From Elusimicrobiota bacterium (GTDB lineage Bacteria > Elusimicrobiota > Elusimicrobia > UBA1565): a DNA stretch of 64,000 nt. Below are positions 25,930-36,173 of this stretch, piece after piece. The DNA is taken from the NCBI GenBank assembly GCA_043827405.1, contig JBDRPD010000105.1:1-64000 (forward strand). Reading direction: 5' to 3'. A program made the translations under genes and the position numbers. The notes beneath the pieces are model-generated. The model saw only the letters and a list, made by a program, of their open reading frames with translations, did not search any database and had not been told where the DNA came from. Within the stretch, counting starts at the first letter, position 1, and each line of letters starts with the position of its first letter.

Positions 25930-28577
25930 GTCGCCAGGGGCGCGCGCATCTCTTTAAGGTCCCGCTGAATCTTGTCGCGGTAGTAGGCAATGGCGGCCTC
26001 GTCGTTCATGATCATATCGAGCTGCCGGGTATGGATGCTCAGGTAGCCGATGGTCCGCAGGTGAATCTCCATCTCGTCCTTCGGCAGGTCCTCGACGCGG
26101 GCGCGCAGGTTGTCTTCGCGGATGTCCACCCGGAAGCCGTGTTCCTCCAGAATATCCGCCACAAAGCCGATCCTTTTGCGCCTCCTTTCGAAATCGGCCG
26201 CTCCGCCTTTGAACTGGAAGCTGATGTAGTTCTCGCGCGGACGGTCGCCTACGAGCGCCTCACTGATGCAGAAATGAAAGCCCAGGCGTGAGCTCAGGCT
26301 GCAGTAGTTCTTGGAGATCAGGAAGTAGTTGCGATCCGTGTACGCGGAGCTCGCCGACGGCAGCAGGGCCGTATTCGCCGTGGCCTGGAAAAATACCGAC
26401 ATCAGCCCGCCGGTGTCGACCGGAGGCGGCCCTTCCCAAGGGAACCGCGTGATGCCTTTCCACAGCGCCAGCATGGGAATGGAAACGATATTGTCGAGAC
26501 GGATGTAGTCTCCGTCCACCTCATTCTTAAAACCGTCGTCCAGGTTCAGGACCCACCACTTCATCGGCACCTTTTCGATAAGCTGCTTGCTGGAGCGCTC
26601 GGGAAAGCAGTGGTCCCGTCCGAAGCGGAACATTTCGGTTACGGCCTTCTCATGGCAGAAGCGGGTAATGTCGTGCAGGGTCCGGCAGTTCTCCATGCGG
26701 AAGCTGATCGCGTTTGGGTCGAGCAGGTTCAGCGGCGTGATATGCTCGGCGGCGCCGCGCATCGCGCTATAGACGGCGCTGCCTTCCATCAGGTTGATGG
26801 GCTTGCGGGCGTAGCGCAGCAGGTCCTCATTGCGCCCGGCGTAGATTCTGCCGAGATCGGCGTCGACGGTGACGGTCATGCCCTTGCGCAGAACGTCGAG
26901 CGCGCCATCGACGCCGAGCAGGGCCGGTACGCGGAACTCCCGCGCCACATTCGCCAGGTGGCCGGCGATGCTGCCGCGCGCCGTGACCACGGCGGCGGCT
27001 TTATTGAGCACCGCCGCCCATTGCGGAAAGGCGCGCTCCGCCACCAGGACGCCGCCTTCCGGGAACCGCAGGACGTCCTTGCTCCGCTTGACGATGCATA
27101 CGGGGCCGGCCGCGATTCCCGGACTGGCGGCCAGCCCGCCCTCCAGGATCGCCGTTCCCGCGCCTAACCCGGCGATCTCGCGCTCCTCCGCGTCCAGAAT
27201 GGGCTCCGCCCGCTTGAGCGGGCGGCACTGCAGAATACGGATGCAGCCGTCGCGGCCGATGGCCCACTCGATGTCGCGGGGAGACCCGTAATGCGTTTCA
27301 AGGGCGATGCCCATACGGGCGAGCTCGACGGCCTGCTCGCGCGTGAGCGTGGCGGTGCGGCCCTCGTCTCCCAGCGGCTGCATCTGTCCGATTCCCCGCT
27401 CAAGATCGTTGGTGAACTGCCACTCCTGCCGGCGGATGATTCTGGACTGGAATACGGGCGGATCCGACCGCTTGACATAAAAGGTGTCGGTGGCGACGCT
27501 GCCGTCTACGACGGTCTTGGGGAGCCCGCGCGCCGCGTCGATCACTACCGAATCGTCCCGGATATCGATCGGGTTGCGGGTGTAAAGGACTCCCCCCGCC
27601 GTCGCGTCCACCATGCGCAGCACGCCGACGCACATCGCCACGTCGTCGTCGCGGATGCCGCGGTTGAGCCGGTAGAGCATGGCGGGCAGGCTGTACTTGC
27701 TGGCGATGATCTCCTTGTACCCCTGGAGCAGCGCGTCCTCGCGGACATTGAGCAGCGATAGATATTGTCCGGCGAAGGATGTTCCCATGACGTCCTCGCC
27801 CAGGGCGCTGCTGCGCATGGCGACGGCGACTCCCTCGCCGGCAATCTGTTCGAGCTGAGAGTACTGCTCAAGGATGGCTTGCCGGATGTCCTCCGGGACG
27901 GCGGCGCTGACGATGAGCTTTTGGATCGCCGTGCTGGCGGTGTAGCGTTTGCTCAGCTTGTCCAGATCGGCGGACTGTATGCGCCGGTTGATCTCGCTCT
28001 GGAGGTCGCTGTAGGTCATGAACCGCTGATAGGCATGCGCCGTGATCACGAAGCCGTTGGGGACGCGCAGGCCGATGCGGTTCTTTACCTCGCCGAGGTT
28101 CGCGATCTTGCCGCCGACCTGTTCCGCGATGCTGCCGTCCACTTTCTCCAGCGCGATGGCCAGCGGACCTGTTCCCTCGCGCCTGCGGGCGACGATGAAC
28201 GGGTTGATCTTCTCGACGATATCGTCGTATCGGTCGAAAAGCTTCGCATACTTGTTCGGCGCCAGTTCGTTGAGGTGCTTGACGATGCGGAAGACATCGG
28301 TCGATACCCGGGTGCAGCGCTGCCGGACGTATTTCATCCCATAGGGGCGCGTACCCTTCAGCGCGGCGGTCATCTCGGACATGATGTCGAGCGCTTTGTT
28401 GTTGGCGCTGAGCAGCTGCTTGAACTGATGGTAGCGGCTGCGGAAGTCGTTGCGCAGCTCTTCGGCCGCCGTCTCGTCGAGCGCGGCCCGGGGATCGCGT
28501 CCGCATGCGCGCAGCAGGCGGAGCGCGCCGCGTGCCGCTCCCCGGGCTTTGACCAGGAATCTGGTCCAGGCCCTCAA
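25926..28577 (-). CDS. PEP-synthase/PPDK-like phosphotransferase (ATP-grasp + His swivel domain, non-canonical C-terminus)
   Basis: VGGKIANLGE, VPNGF, MRSSALGED..SFAGQY, DIEWA, ILQCRP; swivel GSIAGHLANVAREF; TTG start overlapping upstream TGA. Confidence 0.88.
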   Translation of the reverse strand: MRAWTRFLVKARGAARGALRLLRACGRDPRAALDETAAEELRNDFRSRYHQFKQLLSANNKALDIMSEMTAALKGTRPYGMKYVRQRCTRVSTDVFRIVKHLNELAPNKYAKLFDRYDDIVEKINPFIVARRREGTGPLAIALEKVDGSIAEQVGGKIANLGEVKNRIGLRVPNGFVITAHAYQRFMTYSDLQSEINRRIQSADLDKLSKRYTASTAIQKLIVSAAVPEDIRQAILEQYSQLEQIAGEGVAVAMRSSALGEDVMGTSFAGQYLSLLNVREDALLQGYKEIIASKYSLPAMLYRLNRGIRDDDVAMCVGVLRMVDATAGGVLYTRNPIDIRDDSVVIDAARGLPKTVVDGSVATDTFYVKRSDPPVFQSRIIRRQEWQFTNDLERGIGQMQPLGDEGRTATLTREQAVELARMGIALETHYGSPRDIEWAIGRDGCIRILQCRPLKRAEPILDAEEREIAGLGAGTAILEGGLAASPGIAAGPVCIVKRSKDVLRFPEGGVLVAERAFPQWAAVLNKAAAVVTARGSIAGHLANVAREFRVPALLGVDGALDVLRKGMTVTVDADLGRIYAGRNEDLLRYARKPINLMEGSAVYSAMRGAAEHITPLNLLDPNAISFRMENCRTLHDITRFCHEKAVTEMFRFGRDHCFPERSSKQLIEKVPMKWWVLNLDDGFKNEVDGDYIRLDNIVSIPMLALWKGITRFPWEGPPPVDTGGLMSVFFQATANTALLPSASSAYTDRNYFLISKNYCSLSSRLGFHFCISEALVGDRPRENYISFQFKGGAADFERRRKRIGFVADILEEHGFRVDIREDNLRARVEDLPKDEMEIHLRTIGYLSIHTRQLDMIMNDEAAIAYYRDKIQRDLKEMRAPLAT

Positions 28578-29260
28578 TGCCCCAGCCGCAGGCCCCAGCC
28601 CTCGAACATGAACAGGATGGCGAAGCCGTACCAGACGGTGTAGAGGACGTAGAACAGGAGGGAAAATATAACGACGCCGAGGCGGTCGGTTATCTTCTGC
28701 GGCTCAATGCCGTAGAAGTTGTACGCCGTCTCGACGGCCTTTTTCTTTACCAAAGTCACGGTCTTGGCTTCTTTAAACTTCTTCTGTTTTTTTAGCGCGG
28801 CGTCCATGCTCTTGAGCGCGGTCCACCAATCGTAGAGCGCCAGCCGCGCGTCCCCGCCGTATCTTCCGGAGATCTCGTCGCCCTTGTTTCGGTACATGGC
28901 TTCGGCGTCGGCGAGGCAGCTGTCGAGGATCGCGCTAAGCTCTCCGGCGACATCGAGCTCGGCGCCGCGGAGTTCGGCCTCGGCGCCGCTCGCGGTGAGC
29001 AGGCGGGCGGCGCGCGTCGCCTGCGCCGCATCGTCGAGGCTTAAGCCGACGCGGATCGTTACGCCCGTGTGCTTGGCTGTTTCGCTTCGGGCCTCGGGGA
29101 TATAGTAGGCCGAACCCTTGGATATCGAGTTGTAAAGAGCGTCGGAGTATTCGAGGGCGTTCAGGCCGTTGATAAGCGGTGAGAATGCGAGGACCATGAC
29201 GACGACGAACACGGCCATTAGTCCCGCGCCGAGGAAAAAAGTCTTTTTGTCCGCGATCAT
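28574..29260 (-). CDS. Hypothetical membrane protein (2 TM), partner of the TauE gene
   Basis: N- and C-terminal hydrophobic helices; YNSISKGSAYYIP; 1 nt downstream of the TauE gene. Confidence 0.75.
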   Translation of the reverse strand: MIADKKTFFLGAGLMAVFVVVMVLAFSPLINGLNALEYSDALYNSISKGSAYYIPEARSETAKHTGVTIRVGLSLDDAAQATRAARLLTASGAEAELRGAELDVAGELSAILDSCLADAEAMYRNKGDEISGRYGGDARLALYDWWTALKSMDAALKKQKKFKEAKTVTLVKKKAVETAYNFYGIEPQKITDRLGVVIFSLLFYVLYTVWYGFAILFMFEGWGLRLGH

Positions 29261-29261
29261 T

Positions 29262-30563
29262 TTACGCCTCCCCCCTCATCAGGACCGGGATGTTTTTGAG
29301 AAAGGTGCCCACCACCCATATGCTGAAGCCGCCGATAACGATGAAGAAGGCGTAGGTGCCGACGCTCTCAAGAAGCGAGGCCAGGGCTTTGGGTACGGGT
29401 AAAACGCCCAGCTCTCCGAGCTTGGCCGGCAGGGCAAAGATGCGGTTGACGAAGCCCGCGAGCACCGCCATGGCGTAAAAGCCGCGGATGGTGATTCCGG
29501 GAACGACCTTGGTCACCATGGCACCGATCTGAATGCCGAGCAGCGAGCCCAGCAGCATGCCCATGGCCAAGGTGTAGAAGATAAAGCCGTAGATCGCGTA
29601 CTGGCTGATCGATGCGTACCCGGCGGTGAAAATGATCTGGAAGATATCGGTCCCGACCGTGGTCATCGAGGACACGCCGAGCACATAGATGAATATGGGG
29701 AAGGTCAGAAATCCTCCGCCCACGCCCATGATGCCCGCGGCCAGGCCTACGAGAGCTCCGCTCATGACGAGGAATATCCAGGAAATGCTCCTGCCGCCGG
29801 GAGTAAAATCGTGGTCGAAGTGCACCATGGGCGGGACGTTGACGGCCTGGAGCCTTTTGGGGAGACCTCCGAGATCGGCTCCTTCGGCCTTGGCGCCGTG
29901 CTTCGCCTCGCCCGCGTAGGGCTTGCGCACGGTTTGCGCGGCTTTTCGCGCGCGGAGGAAATCCGTCAGGGCGTAGACGCCGAGAAAACCGAGCATCAGG
30001 GAATATATCGTCGTGATAAAGGCGTCGCTGAGGACCGGATTGATCTCATAGAGGACGCGGTTGATAAGCCCCCCCGCCGTGGCGCCGATAATGGCCCCGA
30101 TGAGAAAGACCATGGCGAGCGGCACCGAGACATTGCCGAGTTTCTTGTGCAGCACGCTCCCCATGATGGCTTTGGCGAAGATGTGGAAGAGGTCGGTTCC
30201 CACGGCCAGAATGCCTTTGATTCCGGCGCTCATCAAGGCGGGCGCGATGATGAAGCCGCCGCCGGCGCCGATGCAGCCGGTGATCAGGCCCGCGCCGAAT
30301 CCGATGAGGATGGAGACTATGAATATCCCCAGCGAATAGGTCGCGGGGCTGTAGGCCTTCTTGCCCCCGAGTACGGCCGGCAGGGCCGCCGCCGCCTGGT
30401 CGGCGAAAGCCACTCCGAGGTAAAGGGCGGGCAGGGTCAAAAGGATCAGCAGGACCAGGCGTCTCTTGTCCCGCAGGATGGTGTTGGAAACGTCGAGCTC
30501 CCACCGGGCGTGGGCAACAGCACCCGCCATCATAAAGCTTCCCCACTCTCTGAAGAAATTCAT
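29262..30563 (-). CDS. TauE/SafE (TSUP) sulfite exporter family protein
   Basis: Duplicated GAGGGFIIAP / GVGGGFLTFP and VGTD motifs; multi-TM. Confidence 0.9.
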   Translation of the reverse strand: MNFFREWGSFMMAGAVAHARWELDVSNTILRDKRRLVLLILLTLPALYLGVAFADQAAAALPAVLGGKKAYSPATYSLGIFIVSILIGFGAGLITGCIGAGGGFIIAPALMSAGIKGILAVGTDLFHIFAKAIMGSVLHKKLGNVSVPLAMVFLIGAIIGATAGGLINRVLYEINPVLSDAFITTIYSLMLGFLGVYALTDFLRARKAAQTVRKPYAGEAKHGAKAEGADLGGLPKRLQAVNVPPMVHFDHDFTPGGRSISWIFLVMSGALVGLAAGIMGVGGGFLTFPIFIYVLGVSSMTTVGTDIFQIIFTAGYASISQYAIYGFIFYTLAMGMLLGSLLGIQIGAMVTKVVPGITIRGFYAMAVLAGFVNRIFALPAKLGELGVLPVPKALASLLESVGTYAFFIVIGGFSIWVVGTFLKNIPVLMRGEA

Positions 30564-30652
30564 AGTTGTTGGAGGCCTCCAGGCATTATTGTGATTGCGG
30601 TTGATATGACCAATTATAGCCGATTTCTGCCGCGCTTTTTTCGCCAGGCGGA

Positions 30653-31050
30653 TTAGGTCCCGCTGTTTCCCTTCGCCAGTTGGAGGGAGCGCTTCTTGTA
30701 GGCATCCTGGAGCTTGTACACGAGTTCCTCAATGTCTGTCGGCTTGGTCAGGTAGTCGAAAGCTCCGAGCTCCATGCCCTCGATCGCGAGCTCGACGTTG
30801 GCATGTCCGGTCAGCATAATGACTTCGACAAGCGGGTGACGCTTCTTGATCTCCCGCAGCGCGGCCAAGCCGCCCATGCCCGGCATCTTGACGTCCATGA
30901 CGACGATGTCCACGGGTTTTTCCGCCAGATATTCGAGGGCCTCTTCGGCGGTATAGGCGCAGCTGGCGGTGATTTTGCGCTTATTGATGCGCTTGAACAG
31001 CGCGTTCACAAATACCACCTCGTCATCGACAAGCAGGACGCTGAAGGGGC

Positions 31051-31054
<4 letters not shown>
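30653..31054 (-). CDS. Single-domain response regulator
   Basis: LVDDE, MDVKMPG, LTGHA, GAFDYLTKP. Confidence 0.92.
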
Positions 31055-31452
<398 letters not shown>

Positions 31453-31458
31453 GCCGGC

Positions 31459-33210
31459 CTATCCTTGGGCGCGCTTCTTTATGGGGATGTATATCTGGAA
31501 AGTGGTTCCGACTCCCACGGTACTGTCGACCGTGATCCTGCCGCCCATCTTGCTGATGATGCCGTGACAGATGGAGAGTCCGAGGCCCGTTCCTTTTCCT
31601 ACGGCTTTGGTCGTGAAAAACGGATCGAAGAGCCGCTTCTTGATGGCTTCGGGAATGCCTTGTCCGGTGTCGGCGACCTCCAGGAGGACGTCTTCGCCTT
31701 CCATGCGGGTGCGGATGGTTACTTGGCCGCCCTCCTTGTGGTCGATGGCGTCTATAGCGTTGTTGATGAGGTTCAAAAGGACTTGGGGAATTTCCGAGGC
31801 GGAGACGCTGATGTTGGGCAGGTCTTCAGCCAAATCCATCTCAAACTTGATGTTCTCATACTTGGCGCGCTGCTCGGAAAGCTCCTTCATCTCGCGCACC
31901 AGGTCGTTGAGCTGTATTTCTTTTTCCCCGGGATCGGTCTTGCGGGCGAAGCTTAGGAGCTTATGGGTTATATCCTTGCAGCGCCGGCCCTGCTTCTTGA
32001 TCTGGTTGACCGAATTCCTAATCTCCGTTAAGTTGCCGATATCGTCGGATTTTAGGTCGTCCAGGATGTCCTCGATCCAGCCGGATTCCTCGACCATAAT
32101 GGCGACCGGGTTGTTGATCTCGTGCGCGATGCCCGCGGCGAGTTCGCCGATGGACGCCAGCTTGCCGGCTTCAACGATCTTCTCGCTCATCAGCTCCCGG
32201 GCGCGAGCGCCTTCAGTCAGCCGCTGCACGACTCGCCGGGAGAGGTAGGTCGCGATGAGGATGATGAGGATGACGCCGAGCAGACAGACGGTGAGCGAGA
32301 TTCTGCGGGCTCGGTACAGGCTGGCGTAGGCGTCGCTCTCGTCCTGCTGATAGACGAGAGCCCAGGCGTCATTCTTGAGCAGCGTGGTCACGTAGATGGC
32401 CGTCTTGCCGTAATCGGGGTTCTTATCGGTGAAAATGCCCACCGGGCGGACGGCGCGGGAGCGGTCCGTCTTGCCCGCCGCCCAGCCCTTGCGGGACGCC
32501 CGCGAGCTTTTTTCCCAAATAAAATCCTGCAGAACGGGGATGTAGGAAGTGACGTCGATTTTGGGCTGGGTCTGGAATTCCCCCTCGCGGTTGATGATAA
32601 AGGCCATCCCGGTCTTGCCCAGACGGATATCCTCGATGAGATGGTTGAAGGCGACGAAGTCGATGGTGGCGCGCAGTATGCGGCTCTCTCCCGCGCTCTC
32701 GGATTTGACGGCGACGACAAAGTGGGGCAGCCTGCGGATGCCCAGGAAGACATCGCTGATATAGACCTGGTTCGCCATGGTTTCCTTGAACCATTTGGCG
32801 TTTCCATAGTCGGCCTTGCCGAGAGCGAAGGGGCCGGCGTACGCCAGCTGTTTCCCCTGCGTGTCGAGGAGGCCGAGATCGACGAAGACGCCGCCATGCT
32901 GCTCCTGCAGGTGCTTTAGGACGTTCGCCAGGAATTTTGAATCCTTGAGCTGCCGGTTCGAGTACAGACGGGTCAATACTTTGATGTCGGCGAGTTTTTC
33001 GTTGAGGAAGCCGTCGATCGTGAGCGCTTCCTTCTCAACGGTCTGGACCATGTAGGCAAGAACTTTCGCCCTATAAGTCGTATGGAATTCGTAGCCGATA
33101 ACGGCCATTACCAGCAGCAGGGGAGTTAAGGACCCGATCAGCACAATGCTGATCATGCTCCTCTTTATGCTGTGGTAGCGGTTCTTTAAGTCCTTCTCAT
33201 CACCGTCCAT
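31459..33210 (-). CDS. Membrane sensor histidine kinase (Cache-like domain), paralog of 23263..24978
   Basis: GGVFVDLGL..YAGPF..YISDVF shared with the first kinase; AGIAHEINNP; NAIDA; FDPFFTTK; GTGLGLSI. Confidence 0.93.
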   Translation of the reverse strand: MDGDEKDLKNRYHSIKRSMISIVLIGSLTPLLLVMAVIGYEFHTTYRAKVLAYMVQTVEKEALTIDGFLNEKLADIKVLTRLYSNRQLKDSKFLANVLKHLQEQHGGVFVDLGLLDTQGKQLAYAGPFALGKADYGNAKWFKETMANQVYISDVFLGIRRLPHFVVAVKSESAGESRILRATIDFVAFNHLIEDIRLGKTGMAFIINREGEFQTQPKIDVTSYIPVLQDFIWEKSSRASRKGWAAGKTDRSRAVRPVGIFTDKNPDYGKTAIYVTTLLKNDAWALVYQQDESDAYASLYRARRISLTVCLLGVILIILIATYLSRRVVQRLTEGARARELMSEKIVEAGKLASIGELAAGIAHEINNPVAIMVEESGWIEDILDDLKSDDIGNLTEIRNSVNQIKKQGRRCKDITHKLLSFARKTDPGEKEIQLNDLVREMKELSEQRAKYENIKFEMDLAEDLPNISVSASEIPQVLLNLINNAIDAIDHKEGGQVTIRTRMEGEDVLLEVADTGQGIPEAIKKRLFDPFFTTKAVGKGTGLGLSICHGIISKMGGRITVDSTVGVGTTFQIYIPIKKRAQG

Positions 33211-33252
33211 GAATTTCCAATTAACGCATCAATGCTGATGTGGGCAAGAGGT

Positions 33253-35058
33253 TTAATAGAAGAAATATATTACGGTTAGCTCAACCGTGAGAAATAGCAC
33301 CGTCATGACGGCGCCCGCCTTGGCGTAGTCCACCGTGCGGTAGCCGCCCGGGCGCATGATGAGCGCGTTGACCTGATGCGTCGGCAGGATGAAGGTGTTG
33401 GACGCGGAGAGCCCGACGACCAGGGCGGCCATCCGGGGATCTCCCCCCGCCATAACCGCCATGTTCATGCACAGCGGCACAAGCAGCACCGTGGCGCCGA
33501 CGTTGGAGATCACCAACGTGAAGAAGGAGGTCATGATGCCGACGACCGTGAGCAGCATGATCGGAGACGGCTGGCCGATCATGGCCAGCACGCCGTGGGC
33601 GATGAAGGCCGCGGTTCCGGTCTTTTCAAAGGCGATGCCCAGCGGGATGAGCCCCGCCAGGAGAAACACCGTCATCCAGTCCACCGAGCGGTAGGCTTCG
33701 TCGATCGAGAGGACGCCGCTGATGATCATCCCCAGGGCGCCCGACATCAGCGCGACCGACAGCTGGGCCTTGAAGAAGATGATCTGGCATAGGGCCAGCA
33801 GCAGCCAGAATACCGCGAACAGCGCCTTTTCCGGGCGCAGGATCTCCCCTTCCAGCGGGGTGGCGAAGGTCAGGATGCGCGGCTGCGGCAGGTTCTTCAG
33901 GATGTGGAAGCGCGCCCACTGCCCCTGCATCAGAATCGAGTCCCCTACCTGCAGCTGCATATTGGTATGGCCGCTGTAGAATACGCGGCGCGCCCGGACC
34001 AGCGCCACGGGATTGAGCTGGAAGCGTCCTTTGAGGTTGCTTTCGCGGATGGTCTTGCCGATGACCGCGGAGCGGGGCGAGACGATGGTCTCGGCCATGC
34101 CGGCATTGGTGCGCGACAGCTCCTCGGCGAATACGTCCAGGCCTTCCATGAGCTTCCAGCCCTTCTCCTCGGCCAGCTTGCGGATATTCTTCTCCCGGCC
34201 GACTATAGCCAAGGCGTCGCCGGCCGCGATCATGGTGGTGCTCTTGGGCACGAAGTTCTTGTCCTTCTGTCCTTTGTGATGGACGGCGACGACGCAGATC
34301 AGATACCGAGTCTGCAGATCCAGCTGCTCCAGGCTCTGCGGCTCCTGGAAGTCATCGGGCACGTGGACTTCAAACGTCGTCTCCAGCGCGCGGTACTGCT
34401 CCAGCAGCGTCGCCGTCGCGCCCTTGTCGGCCTCTCCGGTCTCGGCGGGCAGGACGAAGCGGCCGAAAAAGGCGAAGTAGAGCAGGGCCGATCCCAGAAG
34501 ACAGACGCCGATCGGCGTCTGGGTGAAGAGGCCGAACGGCTCCAAGTGCTTGCCGTCGAGCACCAGCAGGTCGTTGAGCAGGATGGTGGGGCTGGCGCCG
34601 ACGAGGGTGATGGTGCCGCCGATGATGGCGCAGAATCCCATCGGCATGAGGATGCGCGAAGACGGGACCGCGACGCGCTTGGAAATACGCAGGGCCGCGG
34701 GGAGAAACAGCGCGGCGGCGCCGATATTCTGCATCATGCTGGAGATGATGCCCACCGTGCCGGCGATCAATACGAGAATCCGCTTTTCGCTGGCGCCGGC
34801 CAGCTTGATGATGGGCCGCGCCACCTGGTTCATGACGCCGGTCTTGTCGAGCCCCGCGCCGATGATGATTACGGCGATGATGGAGCAGACCGCATTGCTG
34901 CTCAGGCCGACGAAAGCTTCTGACGCATTGATCAGGCCGAGCATGGGCAGCATGACCATCATAATGATGCCCACCACATCGACGCGAATCCATTCGGATA
35001 TGAACATCCAGACGGCGAAGGCCAGAACGGCCATGGTGAGAGTGATTTCGGGGGTCAT
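33253..35058 (-). CDS. SLC13/DASS-type permease with two TrkA-C domains (candidate sulfate or dicarboxylate transporter)
   Basis: IRVDVVG, MQNIGAAALFLP, GGTITLVGASP, central soluble region, ISNVGATVL, PTHQVNALIMRPGGY. Confidence 0.9.
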   Translation of the reverse strand: MTPEITLTMAVLAFAVWMFISEWIRVDVVGIIMMVMLPMLGLINASEAFVGLSSNAVCSIIAVIIIGAGLDKTGVMNQVARPIIKLAGASEKRILVLIAGTVGIISSMMQNIGAAALFLPAALRISKRVAVPSSRILMPMGFCAIIGGTITLVGASPTILLNDLLVLDGKHLEPFGLFTQTPIGVCLLGSALLYFAFFGRFVLPAETGEADKGATATLLEQYRALETTFEVHVPDDFQEPQSLEQLDLQTRYLICVVAVHHKGQKDKNFVPKSTTMIAAGDALAIVGREKNIRKLAEEKGWKLMEGLDVFAEELSRTNAGMAETIVSPRSAVIGKTIRESNLKGRFQLNPVALVRARRVFYSGHTNMQLQVGDSILMQGQWARFHILKNLPQPRILTFATPLEGEILRPEKALFAVFWLLLALCQIIFFKAQLSVALMSGALGMIISGVLSIDEAYRSVDWMTVFLLAGLIPLGIAFEKTGTAAFIAHGVLAMIGQPSPIMLLTVVGIMTSFFTLVISNVGATVLLVPLCMNMAVMAGGDPRMAALVVGLSASNTFILPTHQVNALIMRPGGYRTVDYAKAGAVMTVLFLTVELTVIYFFY

Positions 35059-35159
35059 CCTTTCTTTCTCATATTCTCTTCGCGGAACCAGAAGCAAAGG
35101 AAGAAGATGATCAGGATCAGCGACAGCTTGAGGAAGAATTCCGGGCCGAAAGTTTCCAT
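35055..35159 (-). CDS. 34-aa single-TM small protein (below ORF-track cutoff)
   Basis: METFGPEFFLKLSLILIIFFLCFWFREENMRKKG*; fills the intergenic gap; TGA overlaps the permease ATG (ATGA). Confidence 0.65.
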   Translation of the reverse strand: METFGPEFFLKLSLILIIFFLCFWFREENMRKKG

Positions 35160-35166
35160 GGTTTAG

Positions 35167-36030
35167 CTATATGGGACAGTAGGCGAATATCTGTCCCTTG
35201 TTGGGGCCCGACGCCGACTCGGAGACGATATAGTCCACCGGGCCGATCTCCGCCGTCACTTGGTCGATGGCTTCATCCCGGCCGATGCACTTCACTACAT
35301 GCGCGAACGGGATGCCCTCCTTCTCCGCCAGCTGCCGGAACAGGGCGGCGTTCTTCTCTGATATTTCGCGAAAATCCGTGCAAACCCGCTCGCGCGCCTT
35401 GGGAAATTTATTGAAGGACGTGCTGTCGAAGCCGGCGGCGTTCAGGGCGACGATGGAATACGACATGCGTTTGGACAGGTCCAGGGCGTATTCCATCAGC
35501 TTGCGCGAGAAGCCGCCCTCATAGCCAAGCACCAGCAGCTTGCCGCCGCTTTCGGGCAGGTCCCCTTTCTCCATCGCGCCGGAGGCGTGGCGCCGGTCGA
35601 GGGAGCCGGCTGTGATTTGGTCCTTGACGAAGCTGGCGTTCTTGATGCGCTCTTCGTGCTCGACGCGGCGGCTGTAGGCTTTGTTGATCTTCTCCACCAG
35701 GTCGCCCATATCCGCGGGCTTGGTGAGAAAATCGAAAGCGCCGTACTGCATTCCTTCGACGGCCAGTTCCAGCGTCGCGTGACCGGAAAGCATTACGACC
35801 TCGGTCAGGGGGTGCTGCGCCTTGATCTTCTTCAGCGTTTCGATGCCGCTTATCCCGGGCATGAAGACGTCGAGGATGACGACGTCCTGCGCCGCCGCCT
35901 CGAGGTTGGACAGCGCTTCCTCGCCGTTGAGCGCCGTGGTCATCTGGAAGCCGCGCTTCTCAAGGCGCCGGCCGAGCACGCGCACCAGCTCCTCTTCATC
36001 ATCGACCAGCATGACTTTGATCTCGGTCAT
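35167..36030 (-). CDS. Receiver domain fused to a USP-like C-terminal domain
   Basis: Receiver motifs; C-terminal KLLVLG...MEYALDLSKRM..IVALN...AEKEGIPFAHVV. Confidence 0.75.
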   Translation of the reverse strand: MTEIKVMLVDDEEELVRVLGRRLEKRGFQMTTALNGEEALSNLEAAAQDVVILDVFMPGISGIETLKKIKAQHPLTEVVMLSGHATLELAVEGMQYGAFDFLTKPADMGDLVEKINKAYSRRVEHEERIKNASFVKDQITAGSLDRRHASGAMEKGDLPESGGKLLVLGYEGGFSRKLMEYALDLSKRMSYSIVALNAAGFDSTSFNKFPKARERVCTDFREISEKNAALFRQLAEKEGIPFAHVVKCIGRDEAIDQVTAEIGPVDYIVSESASGPNKGQIFAYCPI

Positions 36031-36075
36031 TAAGTTTTACTGACGGGCGTCAGGGTCCCTTCGCGGCAAACAAAA

Positions 36076-36105
36076 TTGACAAGCATTAGCAGATAAAAAT
36101 ATATT
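36076..36105 (+). promoter_or_regulatory. Sigma70-type promoter of qmoC
   Basis: TTGACA-N18-TATATT; AGGAGG SD before ATG 36174. Confidence 0.6.
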
Positions 36106-36173
36106 TTGATCGCCGAGGCAATAGCGGGTACTATTTGCCTCCCCAAGGACAGCCAGAGTTAGGAGGATCGGGA

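Noticed and set aside
30570..30581. TGGAGGCCTCCA palindrome over the TauE SD as a translational switch
   Set aside because: Only a 4-bp stem with a feasible loop; could be chance
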